Shown: in pieces, positions 42,898-54,696 of the stretch
Numbering within the stretch: the stretch's first letter is position 1
How the letters are laid out: each line of letters opens with the position of its first letter
Assembly (NCBI GenBank): GCA_036556865.1
Contig: DATBIQ010000138.1
Coordinates: 1,441-65,440 of the forward strand
Direction: 5' to 3'
DNA from: Gaiella sp.
GTDB taxonomy: Bacteria; Actinomycetota; Thermoleophilia; Gaiellales; Gaiellaceae
Length of the DNA: 64,000 nucleotides
Program-made: the position numbers and the translations under genes
Notes under the pieces: generated by a model
The model's database searches: none
Seen by the model: only the letters and a program-made list of their open reading frames with translations
What the model was told of the DNA's origin: nothing

Positions 42898-44775
42898 GTG
42901 TCATCCGGCGCGACCAGCGTTTCTGGAGTGGCGCGCCGCCGACGTTCCTCCCGCATCGCGGTGCGCAGGGCCGTTCTCGCGATCGGCGTCCTCGTGCTGG
43001 TCGCGGTCGCGGCGGCAACGCTCTTCGCGGGGTCTCCCACCCGCCTTCCGGCGGGCACGACGGTCGCCGGGCTCGACGTCGGTGGACTCGATCGCGCTGC
43101 CGCCACGACCCTCCTCGAGCGGCGCTCCGACGCGCTCCAGCACGAGCCGGTCGAGTTCGTCACGGGTGGACGCACGTTCTCCCTGAGCGCGTCGCAGCTC
43201 GGCGTGCGGCCGGACTGGGCCGCGGCCGTGAGACAGGCGGCGGCATCGACGGACGGGTTCGCGCCGGTGCGCGGCCTGAAGCGCGTGCGAGCGCGGATCT
43301 TCGGCTCCGACGTCGAGCCGCGCGTCCACGTGTTCCCTTCCGTGCTGCGGTACACGATCGGCCGGATCGCCGCGGCGGTCGACCGGCCTCCCGTCGACGC
43401 CTCACTCGAGCGCCGCGGCCTCTCGTTCGTCGCGACGCCCGCCCGCCCGGGCGTGCGGCTCGATCGCCCCGGAGCGAGCGCGGCCGTCGTGAACGCGCTC
43501 GCATCGCTCGAGCGTGACGGGCCCGTGCGCCTGCCGGTCGCCCGCGCAGAGCCGCGCGTCGTCGCGGACGACCTCGTCGAGGCGGCGGCGGCGGCGCGTA
43601 CCGCGGTCTCCGGCCCCGTGACGCTGTCCGTGGGGCCGACCCGGTTCCGGCTGCCTCGCTGGCGCATCGCGCAGCTGCTCGAGTTGCCGAACGGCGGCGC
43701 AACGCGCGTCTCGGTCGCGGGGCCGTCGGCGGAGCGCTGGCTCGCCTCGCTCGCCCGCTCCGTCGACCGGGAGCCGCGCGACGCGACGTTCCGCGTCGTC
43801 TCCGGCGGCATCGAGCTCGTCCCGTCGCGCCCGGGCCGCTCGCTCGACCTCGATCGCGCGCGCGCGGCGCTCGCGAAGGCGGTGTTCTCGACGACGGGTC
43901 GGAACGCGACCGTCGCGACGAGCACGACGCCGCCGGCGCGCACGACGCAGGACGCACAGGCGATGGGGATCGACGAGGTCGTCGGCTCCTACACGACGAC
44001 GTACGGCGGCACTCCCGGCCGCCTCCACAACGTGCAGCTCGTCGCGGAGCTGATCGACGGTGCGCTCGTCGCACCGGGCGCGCGCTTCTCGTTCAACCAG
44101 ACGACCGGGGAGCGCAACGCCGCCAAGGGGTTCGAGCAGGCACCGGTGATCATCAACGGCGAGCTCGAGAGCGGAATCGGCGGCGGCGTCTGCCAGGTCT
44201 CGACCACGGTGTTCAACGCCGCATTCGAGGCCGGGCTCTCGATCGAGAAGCGCACGAACCACGCGCTCTACATCAGCCACTACCCACTCGGCCGGGACGC
44301 GACGGTGAACTACCCGGATCTCGATCTCGTCTTCCGCAACGACACCGACCACTGGCTCCTACTGCGCACCTTCGTGAGCCCCGGCTCGCTGACCGTGAAC
44401 CTGTACGGGACGTCGCCCGGCCGCCGGGTGGAGACCGAGACGGCGCCGCTCCGCGTCGAGGGGAAGGTGCCCTGGAAGCGGATCGACGACGACACGATGT
44501 TCAAGGGCGAGAAGGTCGTCGAGCAATGGGGCGCGCCGCCGCGCTCGACGAGCGTCACGCGGCGTGTCTACACGTCCGACGGGAAGCTTCTCTACGACAC
44601 GACGTGGCGCTCGTACTACGTCGGCGAGCCGACCGTCGTCCGCCTCGGCACGAAGCCGCGTCCGAAGGCCGAGCCGGCGAAGCCGGACGTCAAGCGCGCG
44701 ACGTCCCCGACGACGAAGGAACCCGCGACACCGCCGTCCCTCCCACCCGCGTCGTCGTCGGCCCCTCGGCCCTGA
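42898..44775 (+). CDS. VanW family protein with peptidoglycan-binding repeats
   Basis: FSFNQTTGER, GGGVCQVSTT, RTNH, DATV. Confidence 0.9.
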   Translation: MSSGATSVSGVARRRRSSRIAVRRAVLAIGVLVLVAVAAATLFAGSPTRLPAGTTVAGLDVGGLDRAAATTLLERRSDALQHEPVEFVTGGRTFSLSASQLGVRPDWAAAVRQAAASTDGFAPVRGLKRVRARIFGSDVEPRVHVFPSVLRYTIGRIAAAVDRPPVDASLERRGLSFVATPARPGVRLDRPGASAAVVNALASLERDGPVRLPVARAEPRVVADDLVEAAAAARTAVSGPVTLSVGPTRFRLPRWRIAQLLELPNGGATRVSVAGPSAERWLASLARSVDREPRDATFRVVSGGIELVPSRPGRSLDLDRARAALAKAVFSTTGRNATVATSTTPPARTTQDAQAMGIDEVVGSYTTTYGGTPGRLHNVQLVAELIDGALVAPGARFSFNQTTGERNAAKGFEQAPVIINGELESGIGGGVCQVSTTVFNAAFEAGLSIEKRTNHALYISHYPLGRDATVNYPDLDLVFRNDTDHWLLLRTFVSPGSLTVNLYGTSPGRRVETETAPLRVEGKVPWKRIDDDTMFKGEKVVEQWGAPPRSTSVTRRVYTSDGKLLYDTTWRSYYVGEPTVVRLGTKPRPKAEPAKPDVKRATSPTTKEPATPPSLPPASSSAPRP

Positions 44776-45169
44776 CCACGTCGTCGACGAACCACTCGGG
44801 GACCCGCGTCGGCCGGCGCGTCGCCGCGTCGACCGTCGCGTGCGTCGTCCAGCCGTGCGCGACGGAGACGCCCTCGCGCTCGACCTCGTAGTCGAAGCGG
44901 AAGCGGGCGCCGCGCAGCTCGCCGCAGCGGACGCCGACCTCGAGGACGTCGTCGAAGAACGCGGCGCGCTCGTACTCGACGTGGACGCCCGTCGTCAGCG
45001 CTTCGATCCCACGCTCGCGGATCGCGCGATAGCCGCCCGCGAACGCGGCGAGATACGCAACGCGCGCCTCCTCGAGCCAGACGACGAACGAGGCATGGTG
45101 CGCGATTCCCTGCGCGTCGGTCTCCGCGAAGCGGACACGGACACGGTGCGTGAAGGCGAAGCCGTCCAT
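44690..45169 (-). CDS. Acyl-CoA thioesterase (4HBT/YbgC-like)
   Basis: VRFAETDAQGIAHHA. Confidence 0.88.
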   Translation of the reverse strand: MDGFAFTHRVRVRFAETDAQGIAHHASFVVWLEEARVAYLAAFAGGYRAIRERGIEALTTGVHVEYERAAFFDDVLEVGVRCGELRGARFRFDYEVEREGVSVAHGWTTHATVDAATRRPTRVPEWFVDDVVRAEGPTTTRVGGTAVSRVPSSSGTSRA

Positions 45170-45204
45170 CGGATCGAGATATAGCGGCCCGTACGATGCG
45201 GCGC

Positions 45205-45945
45205 ATGGGGGACGCAGCGGACCTCGCGGCGCTCATCCGTGAGCGGGGGCCTGCGGTCGTGCTCACCGGGGCGGGCATGTCGACGGAGAGCGGGATCCCC
45301 GACTTCCGCTCCTCCTCCGGCCTGTGGGCCGAGGTCGACCCGTTCGAGGTCGCGTCGATCGACGCGTTCCGCCGCGACCCGCTCCGCGTCTGGCGCTGGT
45401 ACGGGCCACGGATCGCAGGCCTGCTGGCGGCCGAGCCGAACGAGGGCCACCTCGCGCTCGCCGAGCTCGAGCGCGCCGGTTTCGTGCGGGGGATCGTGAC
45501 GCAGAACATCGACCTCCTCCATTCGCGGGCCGGCAGCGTCGACGTGACGGAGGTGCACGGCTCGATCGCACGCTTCGCGTGCCTCGCCTGCGGCGGCGAG
45601 GCGCTGCTCGAGCCGGTCCTCGCCCAGCTCGAGATCCGCGAGGCGCCCGAGTGCCCCTCGTGCGGGTCGATCCTCAAGCCCGGGGTCGTCATGTTCGGCG
45701 AGCTGCTCCCCCCGGACGCGATGCTGAAGGCGGAGCTCCTCTGCCGGGATGCCCGGCTGCTGCTCGTCGTCGGCTCGTCGCTCCAGGTGTGGCCCGTCGC
45801 CGGCCTCCCCAACGAGACGCTGTCGGCGGGTGGGGCGCTCGCGATCGTCAACCTCGACGAGACCCCGTACGACGCCCACGCAGCGACGATCGTCCGTAGC
45901 GCCTCCGGCCCCACCCTCGCCGCGGTCGCGCGCGAGCTGGCATAG
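45205..45945 (+). CDS. cobB: NAD-dependent deacylase (Sir2 family)
   Basis: TGAGMSTESGIPDFR, TQNID, HG, two CxxC, VGSSL; start placed 7 nt after TACGAT. Confidence 0.92.
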   Translation: MGDAADLAALIRERGPAVVLTGAGMSTESGIPDFRSSSGLWAEVDPFEVASIDAFRRDPLRVWRWYGPRIAGLLAAEPNEGHLALAELERAGFVRGIVTQNIDLLHSRAGSVDVTEVHGSIARFACLACGGEALLEPVLAQLEIREAPECPSCGSILKPGVVMFGELLPPDAMLKAELLCRDARLLLVVGSSLQVWPVAGLPNETLSAGGALAIVNLDETPYDAHAATIVRSASGPTLAAVARELA

Positions 45946-45955
45946 AATGGTCCCC

Positions 45956-46225
45956 ATGGCGACGACGAAGACCGACGACGTGATCGGCCGGCTCGCGGGG
46001 AAGGGCGAGGAGGCGCTGCAGAAGCTCGCCGACCTCCCGGGAGGGACCCGGACGGTGCAGGCGTTCAACGACCTGCGCAACCGCGTCGACGACCTCTCGA
46101 AGCGGATCCGCGGGATCGACGCGCTCGAGCAGCGGGTGGCGAAGCTCGAGAAGGAGGTCGCGTCGCTCCGGCGGGCGCAGAAGCCCCCGTCGAGTCAGTC
46201 GCCGTCGCGCAAGGCGACCCCCTGA
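45956..46225 (+). CDS. Small coiled-coil protein (phasin-like)
   Basis: LRNRVDDLSKRIRGIDALEQRVAKLEKEV; TAGAAT -10 upstream. Confidence 0.65.
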   Translation: MATTKTDDVIGRLAGKGEEALQKLADLPGGTRTVQAFNDLRNRVDDLSKRIRGIDALEQRVAKLEKEVASLRRAQKPPSSQSPSRKATP

Positions 46226-47130
46226 CGCGGCACACGCAGGCGTAGCGCCCGGGGCACCACCTCGAGTCGCACCGGTGTCGTCCCCGGTTGCTCGCCGTCG
46301 AGCTCCACGGGGAGCGGCGCGTCGCTCGAGATCGTCACGGTCGCGCCGCGCAGCAGCTCCGCCTTCGGATGCGGCAGGTGCGTCCCCCGGTAGATCTTCG
46401 GCATCGTGATGACGAGGTCGCGCTTCGTGATGTCGCCGATCGTGAGGACGTCGAAGAGACCGTCGTCGGCCTCCGCGTCCGGGCAGATCCGCAGCCCGCC
46501 GCCGAAGAAGCGGCCGTTCGCGACGACGACGTCGAACATCCTCGCGGCCCGTCGCTCACCGTCGACCGTCAGCTCGACCTCGCTCGCCTGCCAGCCGGAG
46601 AAGACGGCGAACGTCGCCCAGAGGTACGAGAGCTTTCCACCGAGTCCCTTCGTCGTCTCGTTCGCGCGCTTCGCGATCGCGCCGCTCATGCCAGCGCTCG
46701 CGACGTTGGCGAACGCGGCCGTCGCGTCGGAGCCGTCCCAGGAGCGGTAGGAGGCCCGTCCCACGTCGATGCTGCGGACGTCGCCCTCGAGCGCGACGCG
46801 CACCGCATCGTCGATCTTCCGGGGGATCCCGAACGTGCGGGAGAAGTCCCAGCCCGTGCCCCGCGGCACGAGGGCGACGTCGGGCTGCCGGCCGAGGCCG
46901 ACGAGGCCGTTCGCGACCTCGTTGACCGACCCGTCGCCGCCGACGACGACGAGCAGCTCCGCTCCGTCGAGCGCCGCCTCGCGCGCCAGCTCGGCGAGGT
47001 GTCCCTGCCGCTCGCTGAAGAGCGTGTCGCCCTCGAGCCCGGCCGCGGTTGCGCGACGTGCGAGCTCGGGCCAGCGGCGGCCCGTGGAGCCGTTCGCGGA
47101 CGCCGGGTTGACGAGGAAGACCGTCTTCAC
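46195..47130 (-). CDS. Diacylglycerol kinase family lipid kinase
   Basis: NPASANG, GGDGS, DDGLFDV, LDGE. Confidence 0.9.
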   Translation of the reverse strand: MKTVFLVNPASANGSTGRRWPELARRATAAGLEGDTLFSERQGHLAELAREAALDGAELLVVVGGDGSVNEVANGLVGLGRQPDVALVPRGTGWDFSRTFGIPRKIDDAVRVALEGDVRSIDVGRASYRSWDGSDATAAFANVASAGMSGAIAKRANETTKGLGGKLSYLWATFAVFSGWQASEVELTVDGERRAARMFDVVVANGRFFGGGLRICPDAEADDGLFDVLTIGDITKRDLVITMPKIYRGTHLPHPKAELLRGATVTISSDAPLPVELDGEQPGTTPVRLEVVPRALRLRVPRQGVALRDGD

Positions 47131-47152
47131 GCGGCGGCGGCCCGTCGCCTGC

Positions 47153-47863
47153 CTACGCGGCCGTCACGACGTGCAGCGCGAGCTCGGTCATCTGGTCGAC
47201 GGCCGCCTTCATCTCGTCGTCGGTGATGCGGACGAACTCCCCCTCGACGACGATGTCCGAGACGATCAGCATGCAGCCGGCCTGGACCTTGCGGAGCGCG
47301 CCGAGCGTGAAGAGGATCGCCGCCTCCATCTCGACCGCGAGGATGCCGCGCTCCGACCAGCGGCCCGCGAGGCCGGGATCGGGCTGGTAGAAGATGTCGC
47401 TCGACACGATCGGGCCGACGCGGACCGGCTTGCCGAGATGCTTCGCCTGGTGTACCGCCTCGTGGACGAGCCCGAAGTCGGCCGTCGGCGCGTGCGGCTC
47501 GCCGAGGACGTAGTGCGTCGCGGTCGAGTCCGCCGGCGTGGCCGAGAGGGCGATGATGAGGTCGCCCATCGAGAGGTCCGGCTGAAGGCCCCCGCACGTT
47601 CCGACGCGCATGAGCTTCGTCACGCCGAGCTGGACGAGCTCCTCGATCACGATCGCCGCCGAGGGGCAGCCCATGCCGCTCGACTGGACGGAGACGGGCT
47701 TCCCTCCGAAGGTGCCCGTGTAGCCGAGCATCCCACGTTCGGAGTTCCGCTGGACGACGTCCTCCATGAAGGTCTCGGCGATGTACTTCGCCCGCAGCGG
47801 GTCGCCGGGCAGGAGGCAGGCCTCGGCGTAGTCACCCTTGTTCGCGCGTACGTGGATCGGCAT
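47153..47863 (-). CDS. deoD: Purine-nucleoside phosphorylase (DeoD type)
   Basis: LPGDPLRAKYIAE, GMGCPS, RVGTCG, VEME. Confidence 0.9.
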   Translation of the reverse strand: MPIHVRANKGDYAEACLLPGDPLRAKYIAETFMEDVVQRNSERGMLGYTGTFGGKPVSVQSSGMGCPSAAIVIEELVQLGVTKLMRVGTCGGLQPDLSMGDLIIALSATPADSTATHYVLGEPHAPTADFGLVHEAVHQAKHLGKPVRVGPIVSSDIFYQPDPGLAGRWSERGILAVEMEAAILFTLGALRKVQAGCMLIVSDIVVEGEFVRITDDEMKAAVDQMTELALHVVTAA

Positions 47864-47920
47864 GGCGCGGAAGCGTAGTCGATCAACCGTCGCGAGCTTC
47901 CGGCCTAGAGTGTCGCTTCG

Positions 47921-48709
47921 ATGCGCCCGGCACTCGTCGAGCCCGCCCGAGAGCAGATTCTCGCCTACTGCGCCGAGGATCCGGTCGAGCGGGTGTTCCT
48001 GGAGGACGTCGCCCGGCGCGAGACCGGCCGCTTCGCGGCGCTCGAGAGGATCGAGGACGGAGGGCTCCGCGCGCTGTGTCATCTCGGCACCAACGTCGTG
48101 CCGTCGGGCCAGGGGTGTGGCGCCTTCGCAGAGATCGCCGCGCGGGCGGGGCCGCGCATGCTGATCGGCGAGCAGGGGGCGGTGAGCGCACTGTGGGACG
48201 AGGCGCGACGCAGGCTCGGCAAGCCCCGCGAAGACCGGCTCGGGCAGCCCGTCTTCGTCTCGACCGCGCCGCCCGAGGCGGGCGACACGGGGCTGCGGCC
48301 GGCGACGCGCGGTGATCTCGACGTCCTCGTCCCGGCGTGCGCGAAGGCGCACTTCGAGGAGCTCGGCGTCGATCCCCTGCGGCGCGACCCGAACGGGTTC
48401 CGCTGGCGCACGCGCGTGCAGATCGAGGAGGGCCGCTCGTGGATCTGGCTCGAGGGTGGGGTGATCCGCTTCAAGGCCGAGGCGTCCGCGTGGACGCCGA
48501 GCGCGGTGCAGCTCCAGCAGGTCTGGGTCGACCCACCCGTGCGGCGGCGGGGGTACGCGGAGCGCGCCCTGCGCGACCTCATTCGGTTGCTGCTCGCCGA
48601 GGTGCCGGCCGTCTGCCTGTTCGTCCGGGCCGAGAACACGCCGGCGATCCGCCTGTACGAGACGGTCGGGATGGAGCACGTCCTCGACTACCGCAGCGTC
48701 CTGTTTTGA
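47921..48709 (+). CDS. GNAT acetyltransferase (DUF4081-type)
   Basis: VWVDPPVRRRGYA, NTPAIRLYETVG. Confidence 0.85.
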   Translation: MRPALVEPAREQILAYCAEDPVERVFLEDVARRETGRFAALERIEDGGLRALCHLGTNVVPSGQGCGAFAEIAARAGPRMLIGEQGAVSALWDEARRRLGKPREDRLGQPVFVSTAPPEAGDTGLRPATRGDLDVLVPACAKAHFEELGVDPLRRDPNGFRWRTRVQIEEGRSWIWLEGGVIRFKAEASAWTPSAVQLQQVWVDPPVRRRGYAERALRDLIRLLLAEVPAVCLFVRAENTPAIRLYETVGMEHVLDYRSVLF

Positions 48710-49317
48710 GGACGCTGCTGCTCGTCCGCCACGGGCACGCGCGGTCGAACGTGGACGACGTCGTCAGCTCGCGGCCGCCGGGGAAGGGTCTCTCGGAGCT
48801 CGGGGTGGAGGAGGCGATGCGGCTGCGCGACGACCTCGCCGGGGTGCACGTCGACCTCGGCGTCGCCACGCGGCTCGCCAGGACGCAGGAGACGCTCGCG
48901 ATCGCTCTCGGCGAGCGGGACGTGCCGCGTATCGTCCTCGCCGGCCTCGACGAGATCGCCTTCGGCGCGTACGAAGGGGGGCCGCTCGCGGCGTATCGCG
49001 ACTGGGCGTGGACGCACGAGGCCGACGCGCCGTGCCCGGGGGGCGGCGAGAGTAGGGGCGAGGCGGCCGCGCGGTTCGCCGGCGCGCTCGACGAGCTCCT
49101 CGCACGCCCGGAGGAGGTCGTCGTCGCCGTCTCGCATGCCCTCCCCGTCCGCTACGTGCTCGACGCGGCGGACGGGACCTTCCCGGCTGCGCAGATCGGC
49201 CGGATCCCGCATGCCACGCCGTTCCCGCTCGACGCGGACGCCGTTGCCCGGGCCGCCGAGACGCTGGGCGCCTGGGCCGCCGCGCCGCGCTTCCGGGTGC
49301 GCGTGCAGGCAGACTGA
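48706..49317 (+). CDS. Histidine phosphatase family protein
   Basis: LVRHG, RTQET, GGES, VSH. Confidence 0.88.
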   Translation: MRTLLLVRHGHARSNVDDVVSSRPPGKGLSELGVEEAMRLRDDLAGVHVDLGVATRLARTQETLAIALGERDVPRIVLAGLDEIAFGAYEGGPLAAYRDWAWTHEADAPCPGGGESRGEAAARFAGALDELLARPEEVVVAVSHALPVRYVLDAADGTFPAAQIGRIPHATPFPLDADAVARAAETLGAWAAAPRFRVRVQAD

Positions 49318-49322
49318 GCCCC

Positions 49323-50309
49323 ATGGACGTGCTCGAGCGGGTCGAGGCCCACATCCGCTCCCGCGACCTGATCGCGCCGGGTGCCGAGGTGACGTGCCTC
49401 GTCTCCGGCGGCGCCGACTCGACCTGCCTCTGGCACACGCTCCGCGAGCTCGGCCATCGCGTGAGGGCCGTCCACGTCCACCACGGCCAGCGGGGCGCCG
49501 AGGCCGATGCCGACGCCGAGCACTGCGTCGCAGCGTTCGGCGCCGAGGTCGTCGTCGTGGACGTGCCGCGCGCGGCCACCGAGGCGGCCCTGCGCGACGC
49601 GCGGTATGCGGCGACGGAGGACCGGGGGCTCCGGGCGACCGGGCACACGGCGTCCGACCAGGTCGAGACGCTTCTCTACCGCATCGTCTCGAGCGGCTCG
49701 ACGCGCGGCATCCGGCCGCGCCGCGCCGACGGCGTCGTCCGGCCCCTGCTCCCTCTCTGGCGCGAGGAGACGGAGGCGTACTGCCGCTCGCGAGGCCTCG
49801 CCTGGCGCGTCGACGCGACGAACTCCGACACGAAGCGCGGCCTGGTCCGCGAGCGCCTGCTGCCGCTCCTCGAGGAGCTGGATCCCAGGGCGCGTGCGAA
49901 CCTGCTCGCGCTCGCAGACGAGCGGCCGCGGCTCCCGCGCGGGCTCGAGCGCTCGCTCGTCGACCTGTGCTCCTCGCTCGACGGAACACGGAGCGCCGAC
50001 CTCGGCGGCGGCATTCGCGCGGTTCGGACGTACGGCGAGCTCCGCCTCGAGGGCACGGTCGAGTGGGGCCCGTGGACGATCGAGAGCGACAGGCCCGGCC
50101 TGGTCGTCCGCTCGCGCCGGCCCGGCGATCGTCTCGCGGGGCGCTCGCGAAAGGTGCAGGATGTGCTCGTGGACGCGAAGGTGCCGAGGCGCGACCGAGA
50201 CGCGTGGCCGCTCGTCGCAACCGAGGACGGGGCGGTCGTCGCGGTGCCGGGTCTCGAGACGGCACCGGGCTGGGAGGGCGCGGTGCGCGCGCGGAGGGAG
50301 ACGACGTGA
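49323..50309 (+). CDS. tilS: tRNA(Ile)-lysidine synthetase
   Basis: SGGADS, GHTASDQVET, VRPLL; upstream of hpt-ftsH. Confidence 0.9.
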   Translation: MDVLERVEAHIRSRDLIAPGAEVTCLVSGGADSTCLWHTLRELGHRVRAVHVHHGQRGAEADADAEHCVAAFGAEVVVVDVPRAATEAALRDARYAATEDRGLRATGHTASDQVETLLYRIVSSGSTRGIRPRRADGVVRPLLPLWREETEAYCRSRGLAWRVDATNSDTKRGLVRERLLPLLEELDPRARANLLALADERPRLPRGLERSLVDLCSSLDGTRSADLGGGIRAVRTYGELRLEGTVEWGPWTIESDRPGLVVRSRRPGDRLAGRSRKVQDVLVDAKVPRRDRDAWPLVATEDGAVVAVPGLETAPGWEGAVRARRETT

Positions 50310-50860
50310 CATCGGTCCACGCCGACGTCGGCGAGGTTCTGATCGACCAGGACGCGCTTCGCGGCCGCGTCGAGGAGCTCGGCGCCGAGATCTCGGCGGA
50401 CTACGAGGGCCGTGACCTGCTGCTCGTCGGCGTCCTGAAGGGCGCGATCTTCTTCATCTCGGACCTGATGCGCGAGCTGACGGTGCCCTGCGAGATCGAC
50501 TTCATGGCGATCTCGAGCTACGGCGCGGGCACCGACTCCTCGGGGGTCGTACGGATCCTCAAGGACCTCGAGATCAACATCTCCGGGCGCGACGTCCTCG
50601 TCGTCGAGGACATCATCGACTCGGGGCTCACGCTCTCGTACCTCCGCAGGACGCTCGGCGCGCGCAAGCCGGCGTCGCTCGAGATCTGCGCGCTCCTGAC
50701 GAAGCCCGAGCGGCGTGAGGTGGAGGTGCCGGTCCGGTACGTCGGATTCGAGATCCCCAACCGCTTCGTGATCGGCTACGGGCTCGACTTCGCCGAGCGC
50801 TACCGCAATCTCCCCTACATCGGGGTATTGCATCCCGATCTCGTCCCGAACGGCCTCTGA
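50306..50860 (+). CDS. hpt: Hypoxanthine phosphoribosyltransferase
   Basis: VLKG, VVEDIIDSGLT, FVIGYGLD. Confidence 0.96.
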   Translation: MTSVHADVGEVLIDQDALRGRVEELGAEISADYEGRDLLLVGVLKGAIFFISDLMRELTVPCEIDFMAISSYGAGTDSSGVVRILKDLEINISGRDVLVVEDIIDSGLTLSYLRRTLGARKPASLEICALLTKPERREVEVPVRYVGFEIPNRFVIGYGLDFAERYRNLPYIGVLHPDLVPNGL

Positions 50861-50966
50861 GGGGCGACGAGCAGGGCTTTTCCCTCCTGTGGGGAAGATT
50901 GACCGGACGTTAGGGCTCCGAGGCGCGCTCTGGAAGTCCAGGGGCACGCTGCTACCCTCCGACTAG

Positions 50967-52913
<1,947 letters not shown>

Positions 52914-52924
52914 GCCCGCTCCCC

Positions 52925-53460
52925 CTAGGCGCTCTCGCGGCGCCCGGCGAGGCGAGCGACGAGGACGAGCGCGGCGAGCGCGGCCACGGCGCCCGCGGCC
53001 TCGACCGCGAGGCCCTCCACCCGTGCGACGTCGGCGACGGCGACGACGATCCAGGCGAGCGCGAGCGCCCCGAGCCCGGCGCCGGCGATCCACGCCGGTC
53101 GGCGCCAGGCGCCTCCGGGCTCGTCCGTCGTGCCCGCGAGCTCCCGTGCCCAGCCGCTCAGCTCCCCCACGACGACGAGGGCGGCCGCGACGCCGGCGGC
53201 ACGGCTGTCGAGCGGCGGCTCGTCGATCGTCAGCAGCAGCGCATAGGCGGCCGCAGAGGCGGTCAGCGCCAGCGCGAGCGCCGCCGGCCGGACGAAGGCG
53301 GCCGCCGTCGCGACGGCGCCCAGGAGACCCGTCGCGAGGACCGCCGGCGAGGCGTCGGGGCTCGCCGCGACCGCCAGCCAGACGGCGAGGCCGAGCGAGA
53401 CGAAGACGGCGGCCGCGGCAGCCGCTAGCGCTGCACGAGGCGGGCGTGACGCCGGTATGC
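52925..53460 (-). CDS. Membrane protein (start uncertain)
   Basis: Multiple hydrophobic helices downstream of the DUF58 gene. Confidence 0.55.
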
Positions 53461-54696
53461 CCTCACCCCCTCGAGCGCCTCCTCGATCGTGGTCTCGTCG
53501 CCGAGGGTCGCGACGGCGGCGCCGAGCCGCTCGAAGCCGGCGCGGAGCTCGGCGCGCTGGAGCCGCCAGAGGCGCAGCGCGACCGCGTCGGCCGGGTCCT
53601 CGCCCGGCTCGAGGTGCGGCTCGGGCGAGATCTCGAGGACGACGAGGTCGTGGCCGCGTCCCCGGAGGTCGGCGAGCGCTGCGAGTGAGCGCTCGTCGAG
53701 GAGGGGTGTCACGGCGATCACGAGCGCCCGCGGGGGCAGCGTCCGCGCCGGGATCACGTTGACGTCCTTCCAGGCGTAGCTGAACTCGACGCCCGTCTCG
53801 AGCAGCGCGTCGACGAGGCGGTACTGCTGCGCGAGGCCGCCGCCGGGCTCGAGCCAGCGCAGGATGCCGCCGAACGCCACCAGCCCGACGCGGTCGCGGC
53901 GCTCGAGGAACCGGGTTGCCAGCGTCGCAGCCGTGCGCACGGCGTGCTCGAGCGTCCCCTGCGCCGATGCGCGGGCTTCGGCGAGGCTGTCGAGGAAGAT
54001 GACGACGTCGGCGTTCCGCTCCGGATGCCGCTCGTTGACGACGAGGGTTCCGCGCCGGGCGGTGGCCCGCCAGTTGACCGAGCGTACGAGGTCGCCGGGC
54101 ACGAACGGCCGCGTGTCCGCGAACTCGAGTCCCTCGCCCCTGACGCGGGCGACCTCGGAGCCCGTCGCCGCCTGTGTGTGGGCCGGCGTCACGAGCCGGC
54201 GGAGTCGCTCCGGCGTCGGATAGATGCGAAGTGGTCGCCGCCGGTCGATCCGGCCCTCGTGGCGGACCAGACCGACCCGGTCCCTCGCCCGCAGCCACAC
54301 CTCGCCGAGGTCGACCGCCGACCAGCGCACGCAGCGGAGCCGGAGCTGCAGCTCGCGCTCCTCGTCGGCCGCCAGTCTCAGCGCGATCGGGTTGCGGCCG
54401 TCGACGAGCTCGACCCCCTCGGGCAGGACGAGGCCGATCTCGAGCCGGTCGACGGCCGACTCGGCCCGGACGGTGACACGCGCCTCGATCTCGTCCCCCT
54501 CGACCGCGCGCTCGCGGTCGACGTCCACCCACGCCCGGAGGACGGGCGGCCTGGAGCGGACGCCGAGTGCGACGAGCAGCGCGAAGGGTGCGGCCACGGC
54601 CGCGAGCTCCGTCCGACGCACGGCGAGGGCGGCGACGAGCGCGGCGGCAGAAAGCAGCGCGTACGCGCCCAACCGGGCGTCCGCGGACCGTGTCAC
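53425..54696 (-). CDS. DUF58 domain protein
   Basis: GLEFADTRPFVPGD..RSVNWRATAR. Confidence 0.9.
   Translation of the reverse strand: MTRSADARLGAYALLSAAALVAALAVRRTELAAVAAPFALLVALGVRSRPPVLRAWVDVDRERAVEGDEIEARVTVRAESAVDRLEIGLVLPEGVELVDGRNPIALRLAADEERELQLRLRCVRWSAVDLGEVWLRARDRVGLVRHEGRIDRRRPLRIYPTPERLRRLVTPAHTQAATGSEVARVRGEGLEFADTRPFVPGDLVRSVNWRATARRGTLVVNERHPERNADVVIFLDSLAEARASAQGTLEHAVRTAATLATRFLERRDRVGLVAFGGILRWLEPGGGLAQQYRLVDALLETGVEFSYAWKDVNVIPARTLPPRALVIAVTPLLDERSLAALADLRGRGHDLVVLEISPEPHLEPGEDPADAVALRLWRLQRAELRAGFERLGAAVATLGDETTIEEALEGVRAYRRHARLVQR

Noticed and set aside
42898..44775. Vancomycin resistance locus
   Set aside because: VanW domain alone; no vanHAX or vanRS
45205..45945. Sir2 as an anti-phage NADase (Thoeris/DSR)
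   Set aside because: Short canonical zinc-binding CobB-type deacylase in a metabolic context
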